Both the position numbers and the translations under genes were made by a program. From positions 2,496,001 to 2,560,000 of the forward strand of contig CP181291.1 in assembly GCA_052279835.1 (NCBI GenBank): a DNA stretch of 64,000 nt, written 5' to 3'. Positions 19,901-30,124 of this stretch are shown in pieces (the stretch's first letter is position 1; every line of letters starts with the position of its first letter). The stretch is from Microcoleus sp. (GTDB lineage: Bacteria > Cyanobacteriota > Cyanobacteriia > Cyanobacteriales > Microcoleaceae). The notes below the pieces were generated by a model that saw nothing but the letters and a program-made list of their open reading frames with translations, did no database searches and was not told the DNA's origin.

Positions 19901-22417
19901 CGATTCTTCATAATTACCGTTTAAATATTCTGATTCGGCTGTTGCTTCATAAATTGCTAAAGTTAATTCATACCGATTTTGCCAACAATCTGCTGGCAAT
20001 AATTCCAGCCCCACCCGCAAGTACCTAACAGCAGATTCATAAGCAGCAGCGGCTTTCGCCTTACGCCCCGCAGTTAAATTTAGTTTGGCTAACTCAATTT
20101 TTTCTGCGGGCTGGCTAATCGTGTCAATGCCCACATTTAATTGATTGACAATATCAAAGATGTTTTCTTCAAGCTTTTCGGGCGGAGTATTCTGTAGCAG
20201 TAATTGACCGATTTTTAAATGGGTGGATTGCTTTTGCTGTTCGGGAATTAGGGAATAGGCGGCTTGCTGAACGCGATCGTGCAAAAATTTGTAACTAACC
20301 CGCGAAGTGTCTAATTTAAGGTTAATTGATTCCGATTTGTCGAAAACTAAAGGAATGCGATAAGCATCGCTCAAGGGCAGAATTAACCCTGCTTGCAAAG
20401 CTGAATAAAGTTCATTTGCTGTAGAATTAGCTGACTTTTCACTGACAAGTGACAGTACATCTAGAGCAAATTTATCCCCTACACAGGCTGCTAATTTTAA
20501 CATTTCTTGCGTAGTGGCGGGCAGTTTTTTAAGGCGGCTGGCTACCAGTTCGACTACACTTTTATCGGTAATTCCAATGGCTTGAATTTCGTCTAGACTC
20601 CAATGCCATCCCCCTTGACATTCCCCACTGGAATTAAACTCAAATTTTAAAAGATTTTCTTGATAAAGTGCTTGAAGGAGTTGCGTCAAGAAAAAAGGAT
20701 TGCCACCTGTTTTGTTGCAGATTAACTCGGCTAAATCATTTACTTTTTCGGTGCGGTTGTTAAGTGTATCTGCAACTAATTCAGTCACATTTTCTAAATT
20801 TAGCGGTGTCAATACAATATTGTTGACAACCGTCCCTGTTTTTTCAATTTCTTCTACAGTTTGAATTAACGGGTGAGTCGGACTGACTTCGTTATCTCGA
20901 TAAGCACCGATTAGCAATAAAGATTGTTGGTCGGGGTCAGTTATCAGTGTTTGCATTAACTTTAATGTTGCTGAATCTGCCCACTGCAAATCGTCTAAAA
21001 AGATGACTAGCGGGTGTTCTTTTTGGGCAAAAACGCGAATAAATTCTTTGAATACGCGATTAAAGCGATTTTGCGATTCTACAGGGCCCTGTTCTGGCAC
21101 ATTGGGCTGTTTCCCAACGATTAATTCAAGTTCGGGAATTACATCGGCAATTACTTTCCCGTCTGTGCCTAAAGCTGTTAAAATTTTTGTGCGCCATGTT
21201 TCTATAGCGACTGCATTTTCTGTTAGCAACTGGCGCAGTAGTGAGTTAAATGCTTGAATTAATGAGGCGTAGGGAATGTTGCGTTTGAATTGGTCAAATT
21301 TGCCACTTATGAAGTAGCCTTTTGAGCGAGTTATTGGTTTGCTAACTTCGTTGACTACTGCTGATTTGCCGATCCCGGAATAGCCGGATACTAGCATTAG
21401 TTCGCTTTGGGAATGGGCGGGATTTTCTGTATTTCGATTAGGTGGCAAAGATGCGGGTGAACCAGCGCCTACACGTTCAAATGCTGTTAATATTTGGTTG
21501 ACTTGGTTTTCTCTACCGTACAATTTTTGGGGTATCAATAACTGACTGAGAATATCTAAACGTCCGGGGCTAAAATCTGTGATTTCTCCTGTGGTTTCTA
21601 ATTGATATAAACAGTTTTCTAAGTCGGCGAGTAATCCGGCTGCACTTTGATATCTGTGTTCGGCATTTTTGGACATCAATTTCATCACTATTTCTGAGAT
21701 GGTTGGCGAAATTTCTGGAGTGATGTGATGCGGCGAGATTGCTTGTATGGCGATGTGGCTGTAAACTATTTCTAAGGGGTCTATGCTCTGAAATGGCAAA
21801 CGACCTGTCAGCATTTCATACAGGGTAATTCCGAGGGAATAAAAGTCGGTGCGGTAGTCGAGGGTGCGGTTCATTCTCCCGGTTTGTTCGGGAGACATAT
21901 AGGCTAATGTGCCTTCGACGGAGTTGGGATTGTTAAATTGCGGGTTTTCTTTGTTTAGTTTGGTGGCAATGCCAAAGTCGGTGAGTTTAACTTGTTGGGT
22001 TTGGGAGTTGATTATGATGTTGCTGGGTTTGATGTCTTTGTGAATAATGTGATTTTGGTGCAGGTATTCTATGGCTTTGACGATTTGGATGGCGATGTCT
22101 AAAAAGGATCGCAGACTCAGCCTCTCTTTTTGGATAAGTTGTCCGAGAGATTCGCCACCAAAGTCTTCCAAAACGAGTCCTAATCGGTTGTCAAAGCTTT
22201 GGAGACTGATGGTTTTAACGATTTGTTCCGTATCTAAATTGTGGCGGATTTGATATTCGTGTTTGAGGCGAGTAATGGCATCGAGTGTGGGATATTCGGC
22301 TTTGAGGATTTTGATAATTATTGAAGTCTGGTCGAGAATTGTGTGGGCGCGATAGATAATTGTTTCGGCACCTTCATGGATATTAGAATTAATTTGGTAT
22401 TTTGAAAGGATTTGCAT
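16970..22417 (-). CDS. Hybrid Ser/Thr kinase-AAA ATPase-TPR-GAF-histidine kinase
   Basis: HKDIKPSN/DFG/YMSPEQ, Walker A GYSGIGKS, Walker B FLDDLQWAD, GAF YLEN, H-box VAHEINNP. Confidence 0.92.
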   Translation of the reverse strand: MQILSKYQINSNIHEGAETIIYRAHTILDQTSIIIKILKAEYPTLDAITRLKHEYQIRHNLDTEQIVKTISLQSFDNRLGLVLEDFGGESLGQLIQKERLSLRSFLDIAIQIVKAIEYLHQNHIIHKDIKPSNIIINSQTQQVKLTDFGIATKLNKENPQFNNPNSVEGTLAYMSPEQTGRMNRTLDYRTDFYSLGITLYEMLTGRLPFQSIDPLEIVYSHIAIQAISPHHITPEISPTISEIVMKLMSKNAEHRYQSAAGLLADLENCLYQLETTGEITDFSPGRLDILSQLLIPQKLYGRENQVNQILTAFERVGAGSPASLPPNRNTENPAHSQSELMLVSGYSGIGKSAVVNEVSKPITRSKGYFISGKFDQFKRNIPYASLIQAFNSLLRQLLTENAVAIETWRTKILTALGTDGKVIADVIPELELIVGKQPNVPEQGPVESQNRFNRVFKEFIRVFAQKEHPLVIFLDDLQWADSATLKLMQTLITDPDQQSLLLIGAYRDNEVSPTHPLIQTVEEIEKTGTVVNNIVLTPLNLENVTELVADTLNNRTEKVNDLAELICNKTGGNPFFLTQLLQALYQENLLKFEFNSSGECQGGWHWSLDEIQAIGITDKSVVELVASRLKKLPATTQEMLKLAACVGDKFALDVLSLVSEKSANSTANELYSALQAGLILPLSDAYRIPLVFDKSESINLKLDTSRVSYKFLHDRVQQAAYSLIPEQQKQSTHLKIGQLLLQNTPPEKLEENIFDIVNQLNVGIDTISQPAEKIELAKLNLTAGRKAKAAAAYESAVRYLRVGLELLPADCWQNRYELTLAIYEATAESEYLNGNYEESKRLVDFTLIQAKTLLEKLNVYELQLQSYNVQNRLIEALNTGLEVLKLLGIHFPENPKVPNIVLGLIESKLRLGTKPINDLATLPEMTAPDKQAAMRILSVILGSAIAAKPLLVPLLTFTMVKLCIKYGNSPYASVAYVYYGAVLSKLGDFSLAYQFGQLGIKLLEKCSSRSIKSKVYTGLGAFILPWKVELKSALGYLKEGFQSGMEAGELEYAGYSINIYCTYTLWMGKPLDVVAEETDKYVKLMQQLKQESSWLSISIEKEIALNLCGKTTDTCHLVGEIFNEFKLLPALIEGKSFVLVCLAYNAKAMLNYMFKNYTESVENSRLFEKYEEVAAGFYIVSVSKFYYSLSLLALYPQAEKEEQKQYFKKVVEILNKMKKWAVNAPMNYQHKYDLVAGEKARVLGQNSEAMELYDRAIAGAAKNGYLQDEALAYELAGEFYQYLGKQIIAQAYLTKAYYGYIRWGALAKVKHLESIHPFLLTQTRTTQAPSTTLDVTRTTTGSTTSNGLGDFLDVATFIKSSQAINSEIVLENLLTKLIKILLENAAAQKVVLLLLKGDGLCIEAVGNSTDSTATILQSIPLENSQDLPISVINYVFRSQQPLVLEDGNVAEFFQADVYIREFQIKSILCLPIIYQSHLQGIIYLENKLTAGAFTTDRVEVLKVLVTQVAIAIENASLYAREQEKSQLLEKSFSELQQAQLQLIQSEKMSSLGNLVAGVAHEINNPVGFIAGNINEANRSVADLINHLKLYQEEVTAPSSKIEQDAEDIDLEYLIQDLPKMLGSMKVGCDRIRNISTSLRTFSRADTSQKVSADIHEGIDSTLMILQHRLKANSDRPLIQVVKEYGNIPKVKCYLGQLNQVFMNILANAIDCFEEANKGRSFDEIELAPNIITIKTQIDDEHQIVVIKIGDNGRGISEEVVARIFDHLFTTKGVGKGTGLGLSISRQIVEETHGGKLTCDSVVGTGTEFAIALQLD

Positions 22418-22635
22418 AAATTTATTTAAAGTAATATAGGATTCTATTTTACCTAGAGTATCGCTAATTTTTTGAATATTTATGTGATATCGATCGCGTT
22501 TTTTTATGCCCTAAGTCACAAACAATAGATAGCACTAACTTGTGTAGGGGCAATCCCACACCTGGTTGCCCCTAGATGAGAGCCCCACGCACCATCCACG
22601 GCCCTTACCTTAATTGCTGTTTAAATTCGGGAGTT

Positions 22636-25023
22636 TCAATCTTGTACAACTGTAACTTCACTGACATAAACAATGGATTCGGGGTCGGGTAAAATACGGA
22701 CGCGGGCAAATTTTAAACCGCTGACTCCTTGCAGGGATTCCACCATCCCTGTTTGAATTTTTGATTCTACCCAACCTTCGCGAGACAAGTAGCGCAAATA
22801 TTGTTCGTACTCTTCCCACTCGTCTTCAGTTGAATAAACTATAGTTAACATTCCTGACTGGGTTATTCGCTCTTGGGCGTCTTTGTCAACGGCTTTTTCG
22901 ATGCGCTTTTTGACAAGTTCGTAGCGGATGTCGCGGGTGCCTTTGACATCAAACATTTTTTCTGTATTTTCGTTGTGAAAAATGTCGATCGTGGTATTTT
23001 GTACTAAGACTAAATGTGCGAGTTCCATATTTATTTGCGAATCTGCTTGCAGGCGAAATACGGTGCGCCCGCAGTCGCAAATTGCTCGTAGTTGTTCGTA
23101 ACGCAAACTGTGGAGATGAAACTGACTGAATCTGCTATCTATAGATTTGCCGACATAAATCATGTGATCCATGCCGTCGGTACATTCTATGTCGCAGTAG
23201 TGGGGGAGAATTTTCTGCATTCTGTCTTGCCAGCGTGTCCAAGTTTCTTGGAGTTCGCTAGTAATTAAATGTAGCATTTCGTCGTAGCGAGTGCGATCGC
23301 AGTAAACGCAGTTGTGTTCGTTTTCACAAGCTGCTCGGTAAGCTTCCACTGCATCCTGAACTTTTGGCCCGCACTGCAAAAAATAGTCAAAATATACTTC
23401 TAAATGTTCGTTCAAATACTCCGCTGCTCGCACCTCCATATCAACTGTTATTTTTTCTTTTAAATGCTCAATATAGTCTAGTAAATCGAGGCGTAGTTGC
23501 TGACCGAGGTGAGTAGTTTGTGTTTCACAAACGACATCAACTATGTCTAAAGCTAAGTGAAATTGTTCTAGTAAATCAGTTTGAATGGCTCGATTTCGCT
23601 CGTCGCTAGAACCACGAATATCGGAAATTCCAAACAGTGGATAAACTTCAGAAAATACTATTGTTTCCTGTGGTAGTCCCCAACTTCGTCTTTCTGCTTC
23701 TTGGATGAAGCGCCATTCGACGGAGGGGTGGATGTTGTGGATGTGGCTAAACCGTTGCTGCATGGCTTGCCGCAGGGCTGCTATGAAGGCGGGAATGAGT
23801 TCTTGGGCGTGCTGGGAGTCAATGCGGTTGAAGTGGTTTGGCCGATCGCACAACATCCCTACTAGGCCCAAAATTCGCTGCACGCAGCCCTCGCGGGTGA
23901 CAGTTTTGACCACTAGGGGTACCAGTAGCATCGATCGCACACCCATTTTTCGCAAAGCCCGATCGCATTCGGTGTCGCATTCTCGGCGTAAATCGGGGAC
24001 ATTCCAAACTTGATTTGCCGCCGTTGCTTTCAAAAAATGAGAATCTTCTAGGGAGTCCATTGAATAAACCACTGGCTGCAAATGTTGGCCGCCTTTAGCG
24101 ACTAATATCTGTACCTGTTCGCCGTCAGGGCGCAGCAGCAAAGTGCCGTCTGCATTAAATAGCGATCGTAAACAACCATCTATTCTTTCAAATTTGTCTG
24201 GGCGCAGCATGGAATCGCGATCGATTAATAACTGCGTCAGTCGCCGAATTTGCTCTTGTATGGTGACATCAAAACCTTCGAGTACCAGTAAACCTTCTAC
24301 TTGGTAATTATCCAACTGTAAGCGATCGCCTAAAATCGCCAATTGATTCGACTGCATCAACCAAGATTCTCGTTCGTTTACTGGCATTAAATTCAAATGT
24401 AAATCCGCAAATTCATCTATCTTTGGGTCAATTTTATCTATTTTCAATTGTTCCGAACCCAGCCAAAATTCGACAAATCTTGGTTCAGGGTGTACTCGAC
24501 TTTTTACAGTAGCCATCACTGGTTCATCGAGGACTCGCAAAGCTCGGAGGTCTATTTGATAAGATTGTTTGAATACCCAGTGCAAAAGGTGGCGTCGGTA
24601 TAATTTTTCGGCAGTTTTGCTGTCCCACTCCTCGAACAGTTCCAGCAAAGTAATACCCATTCCGGCAAACAAACCGCCTAGTGGCCCATTTCCCAGGGGT
24701 GTTCCTTCCCAGCCAGCCAAACGGCAGAAAGCTGCGTTAGCATACCGCAGGGCAAAAGTCCTCGGCTCGATTACTGCTATTAAAACGCGACGGTTGCCGA
24801 GGAATTGAAACACCCACTGCAAGTCTTGTTTCCATGTTTTCAACCGTTCAATTTCGCCAGATTCATTCGGTACTCCAGCAGCCAAAGCTTGCAGTAGCTG
24901 TTCCATATTAACTTCGCTTTGCAAACTGTGATTATCTTGTTCAGTGGAGTCTATATTGGCGGGCATGAGTGACTTGGCGGAGTGATTGCTGCTTTGACGA
25001 GATGAGGATTTAGGAGTAGACAT
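22636..25023 (-). CDS. PAS-like plus GAF protein with a conserved unassigned C-terminal domain
   Basis: PAS-like LRYANAAFCRLAG...GFDVT; GAF VWNVPDL...GVRSMLLVPL; C-terminal YPLFGISDIRGSS, TDGMDH, YELVKKRIEKA. Confidence 0.75.
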   Translation of the reverse strand: MSTPKSSSRQSSNHSAKSLMPANIDSTEQDNHSLQSEVNMEQLLQALAAGVPNESGEIERLKTWKQDLQWVFQFLGNRRVLIAVIEPRTFALRYANAAFCRLAGWEGTPLGNGPLGGLFAGMGITLLELFEEWDSKTAEKLYRRHLLHWVFKQSYQIDLRALRVLDEPVMATVKSRVHPEPRFVEFWLGSEQLKIDKIDPKIDEFADLHLNLMPVNERESWLMQSNQLAILGDRLQLDNYQVEGLLVLEGFDVTIQEQIRRLTQLLIDRDSMLRPDKFERIDGCLRSLFNADGTLLLRPDGEQVQILVAKGGQHLQPVVYSMDSLEDSHFLKATAANQVWNVPDLRRECDTECDRALRKMGVRSMLLVPLVVKTVTREGCVQRILGLVGMLCDRPNHFNRIDSQHAQELIPAFIAALRQAMQQRFSHIHNIHPSVEWRFIQEAERRSWGLPQETIVFSEVYPLFGISDIRGSSDERNRAIQTDLLEQFHLALDIVDVVCETQTTHLGQQLRLDLLDYIEHLKEKITVDMEVRAAEYLNEHLEVYFDYFLQCGPKVQDAVEAYRAACENEHNCVYCDRTRYDEMLHLITSELQETWTRWQDRMQKILPHYCDIECTDGMDHMIYVGKSIDSRFSQFHLHSLRYEQLRAICDCGRTVFRLQADSQINMELAHLVLVQNTTIDIFHNENTEKMFDVKGTRDIRYELVKKRIEKAVDKDAQERITQSGMLTIVYSTEDEWEEYEQYLRYLSREGWVESKIQTGMVESLQGVSGLKFARVRILPDPESIVYVSEVTVVQD

Positions 25024-25463
25024 GAGTAAAACACCTGAAAACAGTGAATTTTGCCAATAATAATGTTGGCGAGCCGGAATTTAAGGATTTGTGAAGAAAT
25101 TACAGCCTGTTTATAAAGCTTTTGTCTGGGGATCGAAAACTGGCTATTTTCCCAGGGCGATCGGGACCATAAACTTTGACTTTTCTTGACAAACAACCTT
25201 GCCTTCTCGACGTTACAGGGTTACATTAACGTTGTTAGCACATTGCCTGTTAAGTTTATTATAAGTGCTAAACAGTTGAGACGTACTAAATATTAGCGGT
25301 CCTACTCAATATATTTGAGCTGGGAAATGGCAAATAGGCAAGCAAGTTGCGCTGGACTGGTTTTACACAAAAAAGTTCCAAAATAAATTTTACTCAAATT
25401 GAGAGCGTGTCTGCAAATTATAAAATATAATAGGATTATCAGCATTTTGAAAAGGAGATATCC

Positions 25464-26243
25464 ATGGTTTTAACGATTAACAATCTACTCGGAGATCTGA
25501 CTGGTTTTCCCGTGTCGGCTGGGGGGGGACCGCGTTTTTTGGGATTTGCTACGGACGATGATATCAATGTAATAGAGGGAGATTTGTCTGCTTTTACCTG
25601 GGGAGTCTGGGGATTAGATGGCAACGATACGATTTTAGGTTCCTCCGATGGCAACGAACGACTATTAGGAAATAACGGCAATGATGTCATCGCCGGTGGT
25701 CCCGGAAATGACATCATTTACGGTGGCAAAAATAACGATAGACTTGATGGAAATGAGGGCAATGATGTCATTAGAGGTGATGCTGGTAACGATGTTTTGT
25801 TTGGGAGCCGTGGCAACGATCTACTGCGAGGTGGGCAAGGAGATGATGATTTAGAGGGCAATGAAGGTAATGATTTCCTCGTGGGCGATCGCGGTGTTGA
25901 TGTCTTGACTGGTGGGCCTGGTAGTGATATATTTTTGCTCAAAAGCAATGATGAAGCATTTAGTGTTGCTCAAGCTGATGTGATTACTGATTTTAACTTT
26001 GACCAGGGCGATCGCCTTGGTCTCACCGATGGCTTAACTGAATTAAGTTTGCTGTTTACTGACGATAATCTGATCGCTTATGACAATGACGGAATTGTGA
26101 ACGATATGGTGATTCGTAACCGCAGTAATGGGCAGATTTTGGGAATCGTGTTGAATAATAACAACTTCGATCTAACTGGTTCATTTGAAACGGCAAGTCC
26201 TTTTGCCTTGGCGATTAATGGTTCAGATTTCCAGTTTTTGTAG
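25464..26243 (+). CDS. RTX/hemolysin-type calcium-binding repeat protein
   Basis: Multiple GGxGND nonapeptides; ADVITDF motif; AAGGAG SD. Confidence 0.88.
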   Translation: MVLTINNLLGDLTGFPVSAGGGPRFLGFATDDDINVIEGDLSAFTWGVWGLDGNDTILGSSDGNERLLGNNGNDVIAGGPGNDIIYGGKNNDRLDGNEGNDVIRGDAGNDVLFGSRGNDLLRGGQGDDDLEGNEGNDFLVGDRGVDVLTGGPGSDIFLLKSNDEAFSVAQADVITDFNFDQGDRLGLTDGLTELSLLFTDDNLIAYDNDGIVNDMVIRNRSNGQILGIVLNNNNFDLTGSFETASPFALAINGSDFQFL

Positions 26244-26360
26244 TTAGTTTTAGGTGGATGTGAAACATGATTTTTCTTGCCTAAATACTGGCTCCTGGCT
26301 AGTAACTAAAAGTTCATAGATGATGATGGTATTTATGGGTAAGTAATGAATCGGTTTGCG

Positions 26361-26401
26361 AAATTCTTCGTTCCCAAGCCAAGCTGAAGAACGAGGAATT
26401 T
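26361..26401. terminator. Hairpin between convergent RTX gene and aat
   Basis: AAATTCTTCGTTC...GAACGAGGAATTT. Confidence 0.5.
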
Positions 26402-26406
26402 GCGAT

Positions 26407-26985
26407 TTACACCAGCGAACACTTGCGCTTTAAAGCTTCTTCCAAGAGAGCATTGTACTGCTTTTCCTTGACAGTATAAGCCCCGAATCTTTCGAGGTGA
26501 GGATTGTTCATTTGAGCATCGAATAGTAGATAATATCGATCGCGCAATCTCTCAACCAATTTCACCATCGCTACCTTAGAACCTTCTGGAATTCGATAAA
26601 ACATCGATTCGCCAATAAAAGCGCCGCCTATAGACAATCCGAGAATTCCCCCAGCCAATTCGTCACCATACCAAGTCTCGAAGCTGTAAGCCCAACCGGT
26701 CTGATACAAAGCCCAATATATCTGTTTTAGTTCTTGAGAAATCCAGGTAGTTTCGCGATCGGCACAACCCTCGACTACTGCTGCAAAATCGCGGTTTACA
26801 GCCACGGAAAACCGATTTTGATTGATTTGACGGCGGAGGGATTTAGGATAGGTAAAGCTTCCATCTAGGGGAATCAGCGCCCGCTGGCGGCTGGAATACC
26901 AGCCCAAACTATCTTCACCGTCATTTGCCATCAGGAAATAGCCTTGGGCATATCCTTGTATAATTGACTGTATATCATATTGCAT
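26407..26985 (-). CDS. aat: Leucyl/phenylalanyl-tRNA-protein transferase
   Basis: GYAQGYFLM, TWIS, FIGESMF, SKVAMVKL, NPHLERFGA. Confidence 0.92.
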   Translation of the reverse strand: MQYDIQSIIQGYAQGYFLMANDGEDSLGWYSSRQRALIPLDGSFTYPKSLRRQINQNRFSVAVNRDFAAVVEGCADRETTWISQELKQIYWALYQTGWAYSFETWYGDELAGGILGLSIGGAFIGESMFYRIPEGSKVAMVKLVERLRDRYYLLFDAQMNNPHLERFGAYTVKEKQYNALLEEALKRKCSLV

Positions 26986-27053
26986 AAATTTATCTGTTGT
27001 TTGTCAGTTGACCGTTAACCGCCAACATTAGCAATTAGGAATTAGGAATAACT

Positions 27054-27383
27054 ATGTCAGAATCGATCGCACCCATCACCTTACCACCAGCCAAAAACCC
27101 AGAACAGGAAGGTGAATGGCTCCAACAAACACTGCTCGCATGGCTGGACTCTGAGTTTATCCCAGAAGCTGCCAACCAGCAAATAGCTAAAAGAGCAGCC
27201 CAAATCTATGTCCGCCAACGCATGGAAGGCGAAAACGATGTGGGCAGTCTCGTAATTGCGATCGTCACCGAAATGCAAGCCTATGATTTTTCTAAAAGCT
27301 TCTACGGCGAATTTGCGATCGCCAATGCCGTCAGCGACTTATTACTAGAAAGTCTGGGCATCGATAAATGCTGCGGACAATGA
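27054..27383 (+). CDS. Conserved hypothetical protein
   Basis: 109 aa; WLDSEFIPE, FYGEFAIANAV; fills the gap between aat and rpsN. Confidence 0.75.
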   Translation: MSESIAPITLPPAKNPEQEGEWLQQTLLAWLDSEFIPEAANQQIAKRAAQIYVRQRMEGENDVGSLVIAIVTEMQAYDFSKSFYGEFAIANAVSDLLLESLGIDKCCGQ

Positions 27384-27469
27384 AGCAAGAAAGAGGAAAA
27401 TTTAACTCAGAATCAGGAAACAAGAATCCACCCAAAACACAATCTTGCCCATTAAATTGATTGTGAGTT

Positions 27470-27580
27470 TTTTCTTCCTTCTTCGTACCCCTTCGCGCAG
27501 TCGAAGAGTCGAAGGGCTTTCTTCCTTCTTCCTTCTTCCTTCTTCCTTCTTCCTTCTTCCTTCTTCCTTCTTCCTTCGTT
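27470..27580. repeat. TTCTTCC heptamer array interrupted by a short hairpin insert
   Basis: TTCTTCC units with CCCTTCG...CGAAGGG insert at about 27484-27517. Confidence 0.8.
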
Positions 27581-27587
27581 CTTTCTA

Positions 27588-27890
27588 CTACCAGCTAGAC
27601 TTAACTACACCGGGCAAAAGACCTTCATGAGCCATTTCTCGCATCGTGTTCCGAGACAGCCCGAAGTCACGATAGTAACCTCTGGGACGACCTGTCGCCC
27701 AGCAGCGGTTACGCAAGCGAGTCCGGGAACTGCTGCGGGGTAGCTTTTGTAGTTCGCGGTGAATCGCCATTTTATCCATCTGATTCGCAGCTTGGTCGAA
27801 CTGGTCTTTCAGGTCTGCGCGCTTGTCAGCGTACTTGTCTACGAGTCTTTGGCGTTTTTTCTCGCGCTCGACCATGCTCTTTTTAGCCAT
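27588..27890 (-). CDS. rpsN: 30S ribosomal protein S14
   Basis: [13 protein letters not shown]...[21 protein letters not shown]...LPGVVKSSW. Confidence 0.98.
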   Translation of the reverse strand: MAKKSMVEREKKRQRLVDKYADKRADLKDQFDQAANQMDKMAIHRELQKLPRSSSRTRLRNRCWATGRPRGYYRDFGLSRNTMREMAHEGLLPGVVKSSW

Positions 27891-28029
27891 AATCTGTTGA
27901 TATCCTTAGATAAATCACAATCTAGTATTATACTATGTTTTGGTCATTTTGGATGAATTTAAATAATTTAACCGCAGAGAACGCTCCAGAACGCAGAGGA
28001 AGAGAGAAGACCGATCGATAATTTTGACC

Positions 28030-28677
28030 CTATGAAACATTAGCAGAAGGACACAAATCAGCCAGTTCACACACATCACAACTTGGATTTCTGGCATTAC
28101 AAACCGCCCGACCATGATATACCAACCGAATCGACCAATTTTCCCAATCTGGCTGCGGTAACAAGAGCATCAAATCTCGCTCAATCCTGGCAGGATCTGG
28201 ATGTTTGGTCAAGCCCAAGCGCTGGCTTAATCGCTTGACATGAGTATCGACTGTCACGCCCATATGAATTCCAAAAGCGTGAGCGAGAACTACATTAGCC
28301 GTTTTGCGCGCAACTCCGGGCAATTCTAACAGCAATTCCATTGTCTGCGGGACTTGATTATTGAATTTATTGGCGATCGCCCAACAAGCACCTTTAATAT
28401 TTTTAGCTTTATTCCGATAGAAACCAGTCGATCGCACTAAATTCTCCAATTCTTCCAAATCCGCGTTTCCCAAAGCAATTGCATCGGGAAAACGCTCAAA
28501 TAAAGCCGGTGTCACCAGATTAACTCGCGCATCGGTGCATTGAGCCGAAAGAATAGTAGCCACCAGCAACTGCACGGGAGTTTCGTAATCGAGAGTGCAA
28601 GGAGCCTCTGGATATAGGGATTTTAGGCGATTCAAAATTTCTAGCGATCGCTTTTTTAAACTTATTTTTTTAGTCAT
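28030..28677 (-). CDS. nth: Endonuclease III
   Basis: LSAQCTD, LPGVARKTAN, VDTHV, C-x6-C-x2-C-x5-C Fe-S motif. Confidence 0.96.
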   Translation of the reverse strand: MTKKISLKKRSLEILNRLKSLYPEAPCTLDYETPVQLLVATILSAQCTDARVNLVTPALFERFPDAIALGNADLEELENLVRSTGFYRNKAKNIKGACWAIANKFNNQVPQTMELLLELPGVARKTANVVLAHAFGIHMGVTVDTHVKRLSQRLGLTKHPDPARIERDLMLLLPQPDWENWSIRLVYHGRAVCNARNPSCDVCELADLCPSANVS

Positions 28678-28746
28678 TAGTTATTGGTTATTGGTTATTG
28701 GTTATTGGTTATTCGATCCCAACAACCAATAACCAACAACTAAGAA

Positions 28747-29844
28747 TTATTGTTTCATTAAAAATCTAAAATCTATCCCAGCCAAATTAGCTGTATCCCG
28801 AATAATCAAGAAAATTCCCAAACCCAGCAACAGCACCAAACCAGTCTGCATCACGTTTTCCTGAATACGGTTTGGCAAAGGTTTACCGCGCATTCCTTCG
28901 ATTAAAAGAAAAGCTAGCTGACCTCCATCCAAAGCAGGTAAAGGCAAGATATTAATCACAGCCAAATTGATGCTAATTAGCACAGCATACTGAAACAAAC
29001 TCGCTGCATCCGATCGCGCAATTCCTGCGCCCACCGCCACAATCGCTACTGGCCCGGACAACTTTTCAGCAGTCTGACTGAAATTACTCAATAATTGCCC
29101 GAAACCTTGAAAAGTCAGCACCACAATCCGCTCAAATTCAGCCGAGGCTTTAGTTAACGCATCGACAATTCCGACTCGCTGCCGCACCACAGTACCATTG
29201 GAAGTTAGCTGCACCCCAATGCGACCTTTACCGTCAGGGGTCACTTCGGGAGTTACTGTTACTACAAATTTCTGTTCTTGACGCTGAATTTCCAAGGCTA
29301 GGGGTTGGTTGGGATGATTTTGGATTTCCGCGACTAAAGATTTGATGGCTTCGCTGGAAGCCCCCAATTCCTTACCGTCTACAGATAGAACTATGTCTCC
29401 CGATTTAATGCCGGCCTTGGTGGCGGCTGAACTGACTTCTAGCGCCACTTCTGGGACTTTAACTCCTGGTTGGTAGTCCATTGATGGGAGCCCGACAGTC
29501 CCAAATTGCACTACTAGCAGGAAGTAAGCAAAAATTAAGTTGGCAATTACCCCTGCACTAATGACGATCGCCCGATCGAGCACGGGCCGATTTTTGAGCA
29601 AATCCGGGTCATTTGGGGGGATAGTGCTTTCGGGGTCGTCGTCGGGAAAACCCACGAAACCTCCCAAGGGAAAGGCTCGGAGGGCGTATTCGGTTTCTGG
29701 GCCTTGGTATTTCCACAGGATGGGGCCGAAACCGATGGAAAAGCGGTTGACGTGGATGTGTTGCAGTCTCGCCGCCAGGAAGTGGCCGAGTTCGTGAACG
29801 ACAATGAGGATACCTAAAACTGCGATCGCTGCCAAAACAGACAT
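28747..29844 (-). CDS. rseP: RIP metalloprotease RseP with PDZ domain
   Basis: HELGH, FSIGFG, NILPLPALDGG; ATG at 29844 chosen. Confidence 0.93.
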   Translation of the reverse strand: MSVLAAIAVLGILIVVHELGHFLAARLQHIHVNRFSIGFGPILWKYQGPETEYALRAFPLGGFVGFPDDDPESTIPPNDPDLLKNRPVLDRAIVISAGVIANLIFAYFLLVVQFGTVGLPSMDYQPGVKVPEVALEVSSAATKAGIKSGDIVLSVDGKELGASSEAIKSLVAEIQNHPNQPLALEIQRQEQKFVVTVTPEVTPDGKGRIGVQLTSNGTVVRQRVGIVDALTKASAEFERIVVLTFQGFGQLLSNFSQTAEKLSGPVAIVAVGAGIARSDAASLFQYAVLISINLAVINILPLPALDGGQLAFLLIEGMRGKPLPNRIQENVMQTGLVLLLGLGIFLIIRDTANLAGIDFRFLMKQ

Positions 29845-30124
29845 GAAGGATTCCAATTATGCTTTTATTTGACTTTGATTTATTTTAATATCTTTTTTAA
29901 GATAGGTGGCATCGGATCGGCAATTTTCCATCACACTCGAAGATAGCATTTTAAGCTAAAGTCCCGTCGAGTGCGCCATCCGGCTGGTGTCGATTTTGGT
30001 CAAAAGTGCGATCGACCTACCAAACTCAAGATGAGTCACTACTCAGTTGCTGGTTTTTGCTATAATCACAAAGCAGCAATAACTAATAACTAATAACCCA
30101 TAACTAATAATCCCTAACCATTTT

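Noticed and set aside
22483..22498. CRP box upstream of the hybrid kinase
   Set aside because: The second half-site (TCGCG) has two mismatches and overlaps a HIP1-like word.
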